From: Styela clava
Taxonomy: Eukaryota
Assembly: GCF_964204865.1 (NCBI RefSeq)
Contig: NC_135253.1
Span: 9,362,001-9,426,000, forward strand
Direction of reading: 5' to 3'
Length of the DNA stretch: 64,000 nucleotides
Translations under genes and position numbers: made by a program
In this document: one piece after another, positions 13,953 to 28,900 of the stretch
Position numbering within the stretch: the stretch's first letter is position 1
Layout of the letters: each line of letters opens with the position of its first letter
The notes under the pieces: model-generated
What the model saw: the letters and a program-made list of their open reading frames with translations, nothing else
Databases searched by the model: none
What the model was told of the DNA's origin: nothing

Positions 13953-16900
13953 GTATGTTACTCGTGTCTTTATTAGTCTTGAAAAACTATTGGCTTCTGT
14001 TGAACGCTGGCATTGCATGTTATGTTTGCTTGTCACTCAACTTTCAATTCACTGCGACGTAGCGGCATCGCCTGAATCAATTATCTTTAAGTGTCTTGAC
14101 TTCTGGCATGAATTGTAACCGATCGAACTTTAAGTTGAACAAAAATGTATATCTGGCTACTGTTGTTTTCATTATGACGTTTCCAAATGTATACAATAGT
14201 ATAAATCACCATATGGCGTGATCAATATGTCCGCTCATAGATTGATGACACCGGTTAAATGTCATGCATACGTGGGTCAGGAACTTTGGGAACGCATACC
14301 AAGTTCTGTACGTCGAGGAATCTTCTGTGACGTATGTCCCAAACCATCCATGACAGATGTACTCGCAAACGAAATTCTACTCAAATAGTTTTTCTTGGTG
14401 ACCTTAGTGTCCTTATGGCATTAAAAGTTTCATTTAGGATGTGAACAGATGATATTGTTCCCGTTTTTGGATATTTACGATACCATAATAAATTACGGAC
14501 TTGTGTGTTCCCAGTCGAGTGTATATAATAGCATGCTTTCGAACGAAGTGACTGAGTTTATTCAAACCATACTGGTACGCGATCAGTAAAAGTTTCCAAC
14601 CCAAATTGTTGCGTGAACAACTTAACGCGTGTTAAAACCTTCGCTCATTTGCTGGAGCAGGTTAAAAATACACTTGGTAAAAATTTAAGTTCCGTATGCC
14701 AGTATTTTTAATGGTCAGGTCAGGCCATGTAACGTACAATAAGGTGTCACCCATCTGAGTTGCCTGTTTATGAACCAGTATTACTCATAAAATTGTGTAA
14801 CTCATTGGAATATGCATATACACCGCAATTCGAGCGTAACCTTAAAATCATTTTATTTGCATTTATTGTTTCCATTGTCACATGTCGATTGTACCATTGT
14901 GTGCTACATGCATATTATGTACATAGTGAAATTTTATTTTTACCTCTTTTTCGGGTATGTTAAATGTTTATTTGAAAGAGAAAATTACCAACCGTTTGTG
15001 ACTGGTACCCACGCATACATCCAAATGGTACTGAATATGATAGATTCCTATTTACAATATCCATGGGTTTACGTATAATTTCACATACATGAATTTCTTA
15101 CTAGTGGAGGGTTTTTTGATGGAAGAACCCCAATGCTTTTATTCCATCCATCTATGTAATCTTCACTTTGCTATCAAATTAAGTGCAATGCACCAGATAA
15201 GTGGTGTTAATGGATACATAGCAGAGACATTTGTAGCACTCGAATGCCACGATTAAGTACTGATTATTACATCCGATGACATGTTATTTCTTTAATGTGT
15301 ATGCGTGATCCAACACAAAATGATATTATCCGTCAACACCACGATGTGATAAAACGAATATTGTTTCTGCTAAAGCATTAAAAATAACTTGATTAATTAG
15401 GCCGAGGTAATGGATTTCTCGCTTGTTCGCTCGGTGGAGATGAATGCACCAGCAACGACAAACCATTGATTTTTTATGACTCCCAGTCAAGGTTAATGAA
15501 AGATTCATGACGCCGTAATGTCTACTTTCCAATTGGACAGTTTTTAATCAATTTTAATTACAACATATAATATTCTGTATCATTTTTCGATTAATTTACG
15601 AAATTCGATCGGACATGGATCAATTCATTTACGTTATGGGTAGTAAAATAAACATATACATTTGAATATGTAATTAATGGCATCGTTCGATACTACCCAG
15701 AATGATGGGCTTAATGAGTTATTGCCAGTAGACATTGCATATTTGTATTCAGAATGGTGGTGATTCAAAAAATAGGAACGTAATATTTCGTCACTGACCT
15801 ACTGGAAAAATAGCTAATGAATGGTGCTCGTACATTTGAACCCACGTTCATTTGAACCCATACATTTGCACCCGTATATCCGCGGGTTCAATCTATATTT
15901 GGGTGCTAAATCCGTGGGTTAGGGTCAGTATGGGTTCAAATATCCGTAAAAAAAAACAAAATTTCCATAGGTGCATTAGTATGCAGGTGCAATTGTCGTG
16001 GGTTCAAATTACAGGTTAAAATGTACGTGCGTTCAAACGTAATGGAACCCTAATAAATATACAATTTTATTTCAAATGATGGACTTGAGTTTATACACTG
16101 GACAGCGCAGTATTTTTAGAAAATAAATTTAAAATCTAGAATGAAGACACCCTGATATTTTGTGTCCAACTTGATTGGCGAGTGATTATCTTTATTTTTT
16201 TTCGCTCACATTGAAGTTCGATTTTGATCGCTTGATATAATGGTTCTTTCTATTTTATTATTGAGATCTATTTTGTATGTTAAAATGCAGTCAAAACTTG
16301 GGTTAGCATCGTCCGAAATCTCAGGATCAAATTTGAATTTTTTAGCTATCAACCAAATAAATCTAAATGAAAAGCTAAGCGACGTAAAGTACTCATTTGT
16401 GTAATGATATTTTTATAGTCGTTTTTTGTGCATATGTCGTTTTTGACTAAATTCTTAAATACATAAAAGTTGCGGAACGTTTCTCGGAGCAGAAGGAGGG
16501 TTGGTCAATTTGTTTAGTATCCGGTATGAACCGAAAGCAACAATCTCAAATTCATAATTGGTTATTTTGATAAAAGACGAAATATTTCCTTCTATTGAAT
16601 AACATGAGTAACCAGATATCGCTCATTTAATTATTATTTATTTTTATGTAATTAATAGTATTCCAATAAAATAATAACGAAAGTTGGAATTGTTGAACCA
16701 GTTTTGGTTACTTATAACCAGTATATGCCCACCTTTTCTATGCAATATTTAGGACCATTCGTAATATTTTCTGGTTCGTTTTACATGTAGATTTGCAGTT
16801 AAGCAAAACAGATTATCCTGTACTAATCGCTATTTGTTCTAGGTTTACATACGTACGGTTAAATTACATCAAACACGTATTTTTTTCAAGTAGGTCTTTT

Positions 16901-19900
16901 ATTTTTTCCCGCTAATGTATTAAATTTTTACGTATTGAAACTTTATCTCAAACATGCTAATTTAGCGAAACGCGCAAGTGTTTCAGTAAATAATTGATGA
17001 AGCTTGAAATAAAAAGTTCGAACCCATTGTCATTTAAAAATAATACAATAACTAGTGTGGGCACTGGGAAGAAACGACGTTATACCAAGTCTCAACGCTT
17101 TTAAATCATTTTGAATCAATTCTTTCCTTTTCATAAGTAATTTAAACTTTTCGTCTCTTGTGCGTTTAATTAGAACATATGAGAATCGACGCGAATGTTT
17201 CGTGTTTCTATTACGGTTTCGCGAGATTTGAATTCAGTTTTATATCGTCCAACTTTCATGTTTTCGCAGACGCAAATTTCCGTAATCATTTTGATTTGAA
17301 TTTGAGGGCAAGACTATCATTACTAAATCAAAAACTTGGATTCTAGAAATAAAGCCACTTATATTTTAATTGAAAATTTTAAATGAAACGAAACTATTTT
17401 GAAAGTTTTTTATTTTTATTTCTCCGAACAAAGCACTAAATACGCAGTCACTTAATTATAGAAAGCTACCCAACTACTAAAAAAATGACTTTGTTAGAAT
17501 TATCGTGTTTTTATAATATTCAAACATAAACCGTCAAATATGGTAAAGTTTAAAGAAAATATAAAACGGAAAACGTCCCTTTTTTCGAACTACTTTTGGA
17601 GACCACTAATTCATGTTTGTTCTACCGGGATTGCTGGGTTTGGGATTGTTTCTTTAGCTAATGCACGATAATGCACGAGTGCTCCCAATTTATTTTTTAC
17701 ATTTTAGAACCGAGCGAGGAATATTTGGAAGAACTGGCGAAAATCAGCAGAGTGGCTAACATCGTGATACCCGTTGTCATAATCATTCTTCTGGTACTGG
17801 GGATCATTACAAATGTTCTTGTAGTTTACGTTACGGTTGTAACAAACCGCACGGCGAAACATCCAATTCACAGTATTTTCGTTCTGAACTTGGCTGTTTC
17901 AGACGTTATGTTTCTTCTTGTCAGTGGACCGTACTGGGTGAGTAATGAGACATGAGATATTTTCTGCAAGATACATTTATTGGTCTTGTTTCTACGTGAT
18001 TTTATGCATTTTGAATATTTTGCGCATCATAGTAACCGTAACTAACATGCATCACATCTCTGATTACCATGCTAGGGTTCGCAGGTTCGAAATCCGTGGC
18101 AAAGAATTAGGCAAGCGAAGCTTGATGGACTTCTCACTCATAGTCTGGTAAACGTAACGTCTGGTCGTTTACAACCTTTCCAGTCATCAAGTCCACGCAT
18201 AAAAAACTGATGACTAGTTAACTATTCTCATATCCGAACTCAAATGGTAAGGGTAAACAAGACGCGGGGCCATGGTTCGCCTTATGATTAGGCCGTCTTA
18301 TCTTCTCCCCGAGATAAACATGACAATCCTATCCAGTACAGATTTGTGGGGCATCTTAATGTGTTTTCAATGTCCACTCGTTTATATTCTTGACTTTGAT
18401 TGAATAGAATTAGCTTACTATGATAAGCAAGATTCTAATATTTAGAATATATTTTGTTTGTGTATATAAGGAAATTCTGGAAACTATCATAGCGTTTTGC
18501 AAATTGGAAGTTGGCTATTTGTCTTTTCTCTCGAGGGGCTTGTTTTGAATAGTTGGCGACAGTTTATTTGCTCATGAGGGTCCTGAGATATAAATTTTGT
18601 TAATTAATTTCATGTAAATTTTGCTCTCAAATCGATAACATTCGAAATATATATATTTAGAAAAAGGTGTTACGCATTTTTACGCATCTTAATCTCGTAA
18701 TTGTATTATGATTGTATAGCAACAACTATAAATAATTTTAAATGCTCTGCGCTTATTCTGCAATTTCTTAAAGTAAAGCAAAAGATTTGATGTCCGAAAC
18801 TTGTATGTTTTACACAATTTAGCATCTCATTCGATGTCTTCCCTGTGCATTAAAACGTGCTTTTATATTTGACTATCACATTTTATTGTAGCATTTTTTT
18901 AAATTGCCAAATAAATGGCATTCTCTATTATCTGAAATGCGGCAGTATTGGAATGAAGTAGTCTTCCATTTATTCAAATTTGAAAACACTTTTGCAAGAT
19001 TTTAAGCTCTTGATTGTAATTGCGATAATGGTCGCATTGAAGTGATATCTTTTCAATCGAGTGTGTAGAATGTGATATATTGTATTCGAAAATGGGCCAA
19101 TTTAGAAAAATTCAAATGTTTAAAAAATTGTTTCGGTGCTATCATGTTATGCCCCACTGTTTATCGTGGGTTTGATTGGGTAAATAGAGTGGGTGCATAC
19201 CCTAACTCAACTTATCCTAACCCAATTTAACAGAAAAGAAAAGAAAACAGAAATGTGCAGCGGTTTGGCAAAAACAGTATAGTACTTTTGCAAACTATAG
19301 TAAATAATAGACTAGCATCTCTGTTAACGATGCACATATATCACATAACACAATATTAAATTAGCAATGACAACCGAGAACGTAAGTCAGATGCATACAT
19401 GCCATGCGGTAATAAAATATCTTATGGCTTTGAAGTTGATAACGAAGCTGACATCAAGGTAATTTGGTCACAGAAAGAATTTGCTTCAGTTGATGATGCT
19501 CACAATGCCGTTCAGTTTCAATTCTGACGCTGAATAAAACCGGGTGATCGATGAGCCCGGCAATAAGTTAGGCTAGGAGTTAGGATCGGCCTTAAGCCAC
19601 TGCAAGATATGCGCAGTGGGCCCCACACTCCCATGGGTCCCTCGCTGAATTTACATGTAAATTATCAAATTCAATTATTGTGCATTATATTCATGTTAGC
19701 GCAGGTTATCGTGCTTATTATATATATACATAAAAGCTCATAAACTAAAAGTATAGATTATGCAATTACATGAAATATTATAAAATGCGAATGCCTAATT
19801 TTCATTCATCATCTTTATCTCTGCCGAACTGGGACCGCGAAATCTGTTGTGCATAAAGCCAAGCCGGCCTTGCTAGGAGAACAGCCATAAAATTTTACGC

Positions 19901-22900
19901 GTCGACCTGATTTGATTGAAATATTGAAAACGTTTCGGACTCGCTCGCTCCGACTCGATATGAAATTGAATTTTACACGTATTTAACTTGCATTGAAATT
20001 TTATTACAATGCGTGGTCATGTCAAATCACTTGGAGAAACTTCGAAATGTCACGTTAGTTAATTAGTAGCACAGATCATATAACGCAACACTTTTATTAG
20101 GAATGTCAGTATGATTGATTGCTGTCATGTGAATTCAATTATTTCTTGTGAATAGCATGTCCGTTTGAAGCTTCTCTCATGAAAGAAACTATTCTTATAA
20201 ATTTTGTACAACCTATTGTGAATGTGTTATGCCAAATAGGAAATCTGTTTGTCCATTGAAATTGAATACTTCCCTCATACGATATCCGAATTGTAGCTTA
20301 TCCACAGCGTAAAAATAACTGTAATTGTGCCGTAATTTTACTCATGCTCTCGTGTTAGTAAAACCGTGATCACATTTTGATCCGTGGTGATACACGAATA
20401 TTTACTATAAATAACCGTAAAACGGCTTAAATTTTCTACAATGTAGTATTAGAGATTAATAAAAATCTGGTCTGAGCAACGTTTTTAAGTCAAAGATATT
20501 CGGAAAGCGCTTTTTTTATTCATGTTTTTAATGGAAATTAATATCTTTTTCGGTAAAAATGCCATTTTCCCACTGAAATCGCGTTATTTGACTAGGTTTC
20601 ATGTTTTTTAGAGTAAAGTTTAGCATACCGGTATATCATGATTTTATACAATAAGATTAGATTATTCGGAATAACTTTAATTGCAAATCAAAATTGTAGA
20701 ATATGGAACTTTTGGGATACAGGCATTTTAAATATCATTTTAGGACGCTGCGCGGTTTATTTGATACAATACTGGACAATTGAATAGTTCTGCGGCAAAT
20801 TTCTATTTTAGGCCAAAATCCAAAACATTATGCCACAAAATTGATTACTCTTCAAGGTGTATAGATATATTCGGCATAAAATATTGAAGATTTGAGTGAA
20901 AGTCGGCAATTTTATGCGGCCTACGCAATGTATTTACGTCTTCATGTGCGTAAAAACGCGAGTTATTCAGGTATTTCAATCCGGATATAAATGCTTCAAT
21001 GATACGGTTAACGTAGTGTAAAATGACTAAATCATGTTGTTTGATCTGGTATTTCTTAAAAATAGGAATTGAATTCAAGTATCAGTACATTTCGTGTAAA
21101 ATTAATTAAATACTAAACATCCCAGGCTTTTAAAGTATCCATTATGTTATGAGATTTCAATAAATTTGTTGCATATGTCATATTTCATTGGTTGTACTTG
21201 AAAATCATATGCGATACTTTTCGCTCCACTAAATTAACCCCATCAAAAGAATTTTCATTTATATATTTATTTTAAAAAAAAGGTTCATTTCTATTACCAT
21301 ACTAAACCATCAGCTTGCTGCACTAAAAGATTTGGATAATATGTTTTCATTAATGCCATATAAACACAAAAAGACACTCAAGCATGCATAATAAAACAAC
21401 ATACTTTCATTTAGTAAACCAATGTACTAACACGGATGTTTTGTATAACAAAACCACATCAACTATGCTATGTCTCATTTTTATTTCTCCGACAAAACGC
21501 TGTCGAAAGTTTTAAACACAGCCATGTATGTCACAAACATTTCAATTTAAAATAATTATAACTATCCATTTCGCATACTTGGATCTTGCGAAAATTAACT
21601 ATGGCCCAATTGTAATAGCCTTCGAAAAATAACATCTCAATACATCTAAAACCGACTGAGTAATAGATACTCTCTTTAAACCAATGTCGTAAGCAACGCG
21701 AATAATATTCAAGAAATGTCAATTATGGTGATCTACAACTGCATTTATCCTATCTATACGCAAACAGACAGTAATGTTTTAGCTACGTCGATATGATTTT
21801 GTCAAGTAGTATCATCGCTGGAAAATGACTATTGGGTATAATATGAAATAAAACAAAAAATCTGTGATATTAGGAAAATTTCACAGTGAATATTTTACTC
21901 ATTACTTTAATATTCAAGTGTGAGTACCATATCTAGAACATTACAACAAATTTACTGATTTTTTATAACAGTGTTCAAATGTACTAACAATAATAATGTT
22001 TAAGCTCATAAAATTGGAAAATTGCTTTTGCGGCGAATGTCGTAGTGCGCATTGGGATGAATGAAGCTTAAATGTTTCCAGTCAAATTTATTTGTTATAG
22101 CAAGCACGTCTGTCAATTTTCACATTTGAGCTTTTCGGTCATGTACTTGAAACAAATATTGCTCTACTACGAATTGTTAGATCAACTATCTACCATAAAC
22201 TACTGTTGCTTACTCGATTAACCCAAAATTTGGGAACCCTGTAATTTATATGAAGTAAATCTACTGCCGTTTATCTATCAATCACAATTTGATCGAATAT
22301 ATAAAATTGTCTGGCACATATGGCCATGACAATGCTCTAGACTAGATCACTGGTTATCAGACTGTGGGCCATGGCCCACTGCTGGGCCACAGAAACATCT
22401 TCAATTTGACCACAAACATAAAAATGTTTTTAATAAATTCAGTTTAATATCATTATAGTAGCAATGGATGATGATGCTGTTTATTGATACTGAGTGGTAA
22501 TTCTAATTTTGATCATTGAAACGATGGTGCATATTTTTGCAGAAAGAATTTCTTGTAGTTATCCCTTGTATGAGAATGTTGATGGGCAACAAAATTTTTG
22601 TACGACGAAAGTGGACCACAAAGGAAAAAAGTTGAGAACCACTGCTCTAGATAAATCACTAATAATAGCTGAGATTTGGAAATAGTGGTAGCTTTCTGCA
22701 GTATCACAACCTTAAATATATTGATAAAATAAAACTTTTTCTATTATCTTTACGTAAATGAAGAAATTTATTTCACATTTGAACGCCTTTTTGTGTATAA
22801 TTGTACCCAACAGTTTCAGTAATATAGGACGATTTGAACAAAAGTTATGTTCTCTCCAGAATATTTCTCAAATGAAATGCGTTCCCTTTTTCGGGTCACT

Positions 22901-25900
22901 CTGTACTTAATGGTTGTTTGTATGTGTATCGTGTACCAAACTGTCTCTCTGTCATTTTGTGGATCCATGTGTGCTGACTGCAAAGATACTGTAGCCAGCA
23001 ATACAAACGGCTATGTCAAGTAGTTGAAACCACTAATTTCATTTTGTAACGATTCTCCTCAACCTCATACGGAACGTTATACAATTTGTGATGTAAGATT
23101 TTTTAATCACCCCCCTGAGATGCTAGCAATGTTTTCGTTCGTAGATCGTACTTATAATTCCTCAAGTAATGAATGAGATCTTTTACATTGGAATCAATCG
23201 TCGTTGGCTACGACGCTACAGAATCCATTAATACACAAAACTACTAAATAAACAATATTTTATCGGGAATTTTTTATTTTAACAGCAAATGATAAATTAT
23301 ATGTTTCAGATAACAATCACATCATCCAGTATGTGGCGTTTTGGAGCATTTCTTTGTCCTGTAATTCCATTCATATGCAATTGTTCCATGGCCGTCAGTA
23401 TTTATACAATATGTGCCCTTGCATGGATGCGTTTTATGGCTTTGGTGATGCCTTTTCGATTTCGACGCAGCTGTATTTCTACCAGAAAAGCAGGATATTT
23501 TGTGATTTTGGCGATATGGATAGCAGGAATTATACTTTCAATACCTAACCTCGTATACTACGGACTGTATGATATGCAAGGAGGCGGTAAGTTTATAACT
23601 TCATATCTTCATAGTTTAATGTGTTATTTATCTCAGACTAATGTGTTTTCATAATACTCTCATTAATCGACGTCATGTTGATAATTAATAAGTTTCGTCT
23701 TACGCCTTACATTACTTTTGCGATTCCCAGATGACCCCACGTTCTCTGATCCATGTATTCCCAGTCATCCTCTTGGGGCATAAACACGCGGCTTGGAACT
23801 CAGCGTAAACATAATATCACTATACACTATTTATAACGCTGATGTGTTTGCTCGCAAGCCTTACGATAGAAGCGATTTATAAACCGAATAGTAACAAAAT
23901 AAAAGAGATGCTAGGAGTATTCATCTCTACTCGGTTTTGCATATAGTGATTTCTATACTGGGAGTATTTCACCATCTTCAACTGTGTGTCATGGGAATAG
24001 AATAAAATGAATTCGCTTCACCATCAAGCATTTTTATTCACATATCCTGTGTGATGTATTATACTGTGTTAAACACTATCCTGTGTGGATGAAGAGTCTA
24101 TAACTGACATGGGAAAACTACGGCCCACGGGCCAAATCCGGCATATTGAGTAATTCAATCTGGCCCGCCTGACGCCAAATTAAAACCAAATTTTGATGTT
24201 TTACCTAAAAATAACTCAAGGAATTTGTTGAAATTGCGATTAAATTTAGTTTCGTCACGAGGCTTATTGTTTTCCACTTTTGCTTTTGTAACACTGTAAA
24301 TATTGTTCATGAAATTAACCTGTTTACGTTAAACTCACATGACCCGCCAGTCTAGATGGGCAAAATTTTTGACCCCTTGTTCAAAAACCTTGACCACCCC
24401 TGGTCTATAACGATATCGACAGAACATTATCTCAATGCTCTAAGTTAAGATGTCGGTTCCACTGGTACTGATAACTTGCGCATGTGTCCCAATGAAGTCA
24501 TTTTTTTATGTTTTGCATGATTTTAATTGAACTCGAATTCCTTGTTTCCAAACAGTTTTTTGCCAACCTGTCCCAATTCAGACTCAAAGAAGATTTGAAT
24601 AAATCAGGACTGAATCGTCACTCTAATTCTATCATATTTTGCTCCGAACAAGGCCCTATACATGCAGTCACTGATATCTCATGATATACAAGGCGTTACT
24701 TTATTTGAAAGGATTACAAATTTATTACACCCTGGGTGAGGTCATGGGGGCATAACATTTGATCCCGAGATGTGTAATCTTCGTCGCTAACACAATAACG
24801 TCTAACGCTTTAACCATGCCACCCAGCTGACCTAGTGGACCCCATAGGACTGGGAATCGGTTGGTCATTTCGTTAATCCATTAGGGGTGAAAGGTCACTT
24901 TTTTCACAACCCATCCTAACAACAATTTAGTATCTAATAATCACAAATTTCTGTATTTTGTAGCATTCTCATGTGAATGGACTAGAGAAAGCGAAAAAGC
25001 ACACAACGTATATGGAGCTGCAAAACTTGTTGCCACATATCTATTTCCTCTTCTTCTCGTCACAGTTTTCTACGCCGTAATCGGTCGAGAGGTCCTTTGT
25101 TTTATGATGCATCATAATTCCAGAATACATCGGTAAGAATTTTATTGATAGCCTTCATTGGGAAATTATCATCCATCCCTCTTGTGGCTGAATTAAAGCG
25201 AAATCATTCATTCTTGAAAATGACTGCATTATCATGTTCGTTTTAAAACGAGTCAGAGCTCTCTGTAATCAGTTTCACCTATTTACTTGTCGTACGTAGC
25301 CTTGCATGCTGTGACATGCACACATGCAGTTTATTTCAACATAACGTTTTCGTGAACTTTCGCCCCCTTTCAGATTTAAAATCTTGAAAATGAATACGTT
25401 TTCGAAATTCAAATAACTTTTTATATGTGAGATTTTGGTACTCTCGTAGTGTATGTACCAGGTTAGGGTTGGGCCATAATTTTATTTCGATTTTCCTCAT
25501 TTCAGTTCCATTATGAGCTCGATGACTGTATGTGTTAGCCAAGTGGATATACCCCCTGTTCTTGATGTAAAATATGCGAACACCACTATCACCACTAATT
25601 ATGCCCCCAGCCTAACCAAACTAGGCGATCATTGATTGTATGATTATGAACAGAGGGATATTAGCCAAATTGTGATGGATCGGTTTCGGTGTTAAATCTC
25701 CGCTTTTTTGAATCGTCAAGAATACTGTCCGTGTTATTTTTCAAGAATGTTTTGATATAAAGGTGTAATTAAAGGATTCCCCCGTGCTGAGTTCAAACAC
25801 CCATTTTGGTTGACAAAATACATTCTTAATATTAAATACTGAAAGAATTAGAATGATTGTGTCGCGATGTACAAAACCGCAATACAACCTATACACGAAG

Positions 25901-28900
25901 GTTAATGATACAATGAAAACAGTTGATGCATTCAGTTCAAAATCGATGTCACATTCCAGAACAACAAACTGGTAAACATAAGCCTCGTTGCATCGGAACG
26001 ATCAAATGAAAATATGCTCAGTCATAAACCACATTAGTATAAATTTTCAAAATGGCTTTCACCAGGCAACTAATTTAGCAAATATTTTTCAGCTCCATCA
26101 TTCTTGGGGATTTGTTATCTGTATCTGTTAAAATGATTTCGGCAATGTCAAAACAAATTCCATTCGATCCGAGAATAAAATCAATCTCTGTCATGGTACT
26201 TACACGATGCAATAACGAGCACAGTCGCGGTCTTTTATGCTCTTCCATGACACGAATAGCAGGTTTACTTGGCTCGTCTTCAAATGCAGCGTGACCAAAC
26301 TAAATTCAAATGAACTTTTAATTATGATATTTATTTTTTCATGCCACCCACAAAACTTCATCTAATTGATGGATATTCTTCCAAATCGACCGACAGAAGA
26401 AATTATATAATATTTCTCTGAAGCCAAATTTGAAAAAATAATTAAAAGTCTATAAAATTATGCTATTTTTATCTGTAGTAAACTTGATAAATAAGATATT
26501 CGTTTCAAAATTTAATTTATCATTGAGGTTGTATCCAATTAAATATGCAATTCAACCCACGATTGAAGTGTTTTGCCTAGAGGGTAGTTATGCAAACTAA
26601 GTAAGTCGAGTTACCCATTTTGGATGCTCGTCAAGCATGAGCCAAAAAAGGATACTCCTGTAGTGTGTGTACCAGGTTAGGGTTAGGCCATAATTTTATC
26701 CCGTTTTCCCTATTCTAGTTCGGGGACTGTCTGTGTTAGCCAAAGTGCCATAGGTTTCAGTCCCTTTACACAACTTGTTGTAAAATAGGCAAACAAAATT
26801 AGTTACCTCTATATTGGTACACACACTTCTGGAGCGCCAAAGAATAAAAGGGGCTTGAACATTGCACTTCGTTATCTGTGCTTGATAAGAAAAAAAATGT
26901 ATTTGTACCACACAAAATATGAGCGCGAGGCTCAATGGCTAAACCTTAATTGTGATCTTAGGTTAGATTCTCGTGTTCAAATCCCATTATCTCATCCAGG
27001 GTGTAACAAAGATGGTGGTCCTTCTACCATAAAGTACCCCCCCACATATCAATGGCTGATTGGGCGAGCCTTGTTCGGAGGGTTATTTTCATAAATACGT
27101 TGTACAAAATCACCTATTTATGTAGAATATATGCAAGACGAGTAAAGTGAATTTCTCTTTACTGAGGTAACACACGAAACGGATGAATTGTATCGCAGGA
27201 TTTTCCCGGTTTTACTAATTTGTGTAAAATCGTTCTAAAATTCAAAATCAGTTCAAATTATCTTCATTCGTTCAGCGATCCACACAATCCTGAGCAAATT
27301 TCCATCATGCGGTTTGCCACATTTCCGCCTGTTTTTGTAAATCAGTCCAAAATCCAATAATACAATTTTTTTAATAGGAATTTCCATGCTGACACCAATT
27401 GCGCATATTCTGCTTTTCAGTCGAAATATTGTACAAATGTAAACTAACCAATAAGCTGAAGTAAATTTCTTCAGACAGAAAAGAAACATGGTACTTTGCA
27501 CGACCCCATCATGTCAATAAATATTTGTGTTTGAAAAGAAATAAACCGGATTTAACCTGTTGTAAGATGTTATCATACACCGGGAAGCGTGATAGATTTT
27601 ATGTTTTTTTTCGTTGAGAATGGAGTATAAATGTGAATTCGTGGCAGCCAAGTACAAAACTGTAGTAAATTATTAATTTAAAATCACGCGATCGATAAGG
27701 TTTCGTTAAATGATTTGTATTTAATTTACGTTTGCGAGAAATTAAATGGTAACGTAACAGAGAATAATTCATGTTTATTACTTTTTAAGACACTTTCATT
27801 GCGTCGTTGAACGTGAAACTTTCACCAATAGCGCGGAAACGGCAAATGTAATAACGTAATGTAAATTATTAATGTTTAATTTTATGTTCAATTTCTGTTT
27901 CATCAAAAATTGAAAGTTCCGTCTTCCGCCATTGATTTCAATTATAACGGTAATAAAAATTGCGCAATATACATTTCAAGTAATTTAACTTATAATATCA
28001 AATTTCACGACCTAATTTTGTAATATCGAAAAATTTCATGGTTCATATCGAGACATACGATGCTATATGCTGATGCCACCAAGTTAAAAAAAATACATAA
28101 ATGTTAACTGGTAATGACTAAAACTAAAAGTTATTTAGGCTCTTTTCGTCCAGATGAAACTTAAAAGTGTCAAATTAGTCGACTTTGGTGCGTTACTTTT
28201 TGTAGAAAAGGGTTTGAGAGGTTTGATTCTTGTATAACTCGAAAGGGGATCTGTGCATTAAAGACAGTCTAGCCTTAATCGTTGGATCATGATTGATTCT
28301 CATACATAAACTAATCGTATTTTTTTAAACTTATTTTCGACTGTTGCCACGTATGGCATTCATATACGAAACTATTTGAGTCGATTTATTAAAAGATTTG
28401 ACTTACTGGTGAAATATGAGTGAATTTCCGAACAATAAAAAAAAAGACGGCAAAATATGTATCATTGTATAATGAGTGAATCTGAAATATAAGAAAAATA
28501 AATACAACTCCTTTAGATACATTTGAGTCGTGCATGTCTAACCAGTGTGTAAAGGCAAACAAATCAGATTTTTGAAGCTACCGTTATGTACGCTATTGAT
28601 GACATATCATTAAGACATATACGTCGGTAACTTCCCTTGGTTTACTAAAATTAACCCATTGAAGTTGAACACTGTTTGTCAATACAATACAGGAACTAAG
28701 TATAATCGAGTTGGGTTAAAATGTCACTCTGTTGAAATTTTCATTTTACTCCATGGTCAATATGCAACCAGGTTGTAATGAATTGGGTAGTCAATGCGGA
28801 ACCGGAAAGATTCGTGTCCTTCCATACTTTAGTAATTCCTTAACTGGCAGTAGAGCTTGTGCAGAGCCATGTTTGGATCAAAAGTCGTATAAATACGTCG

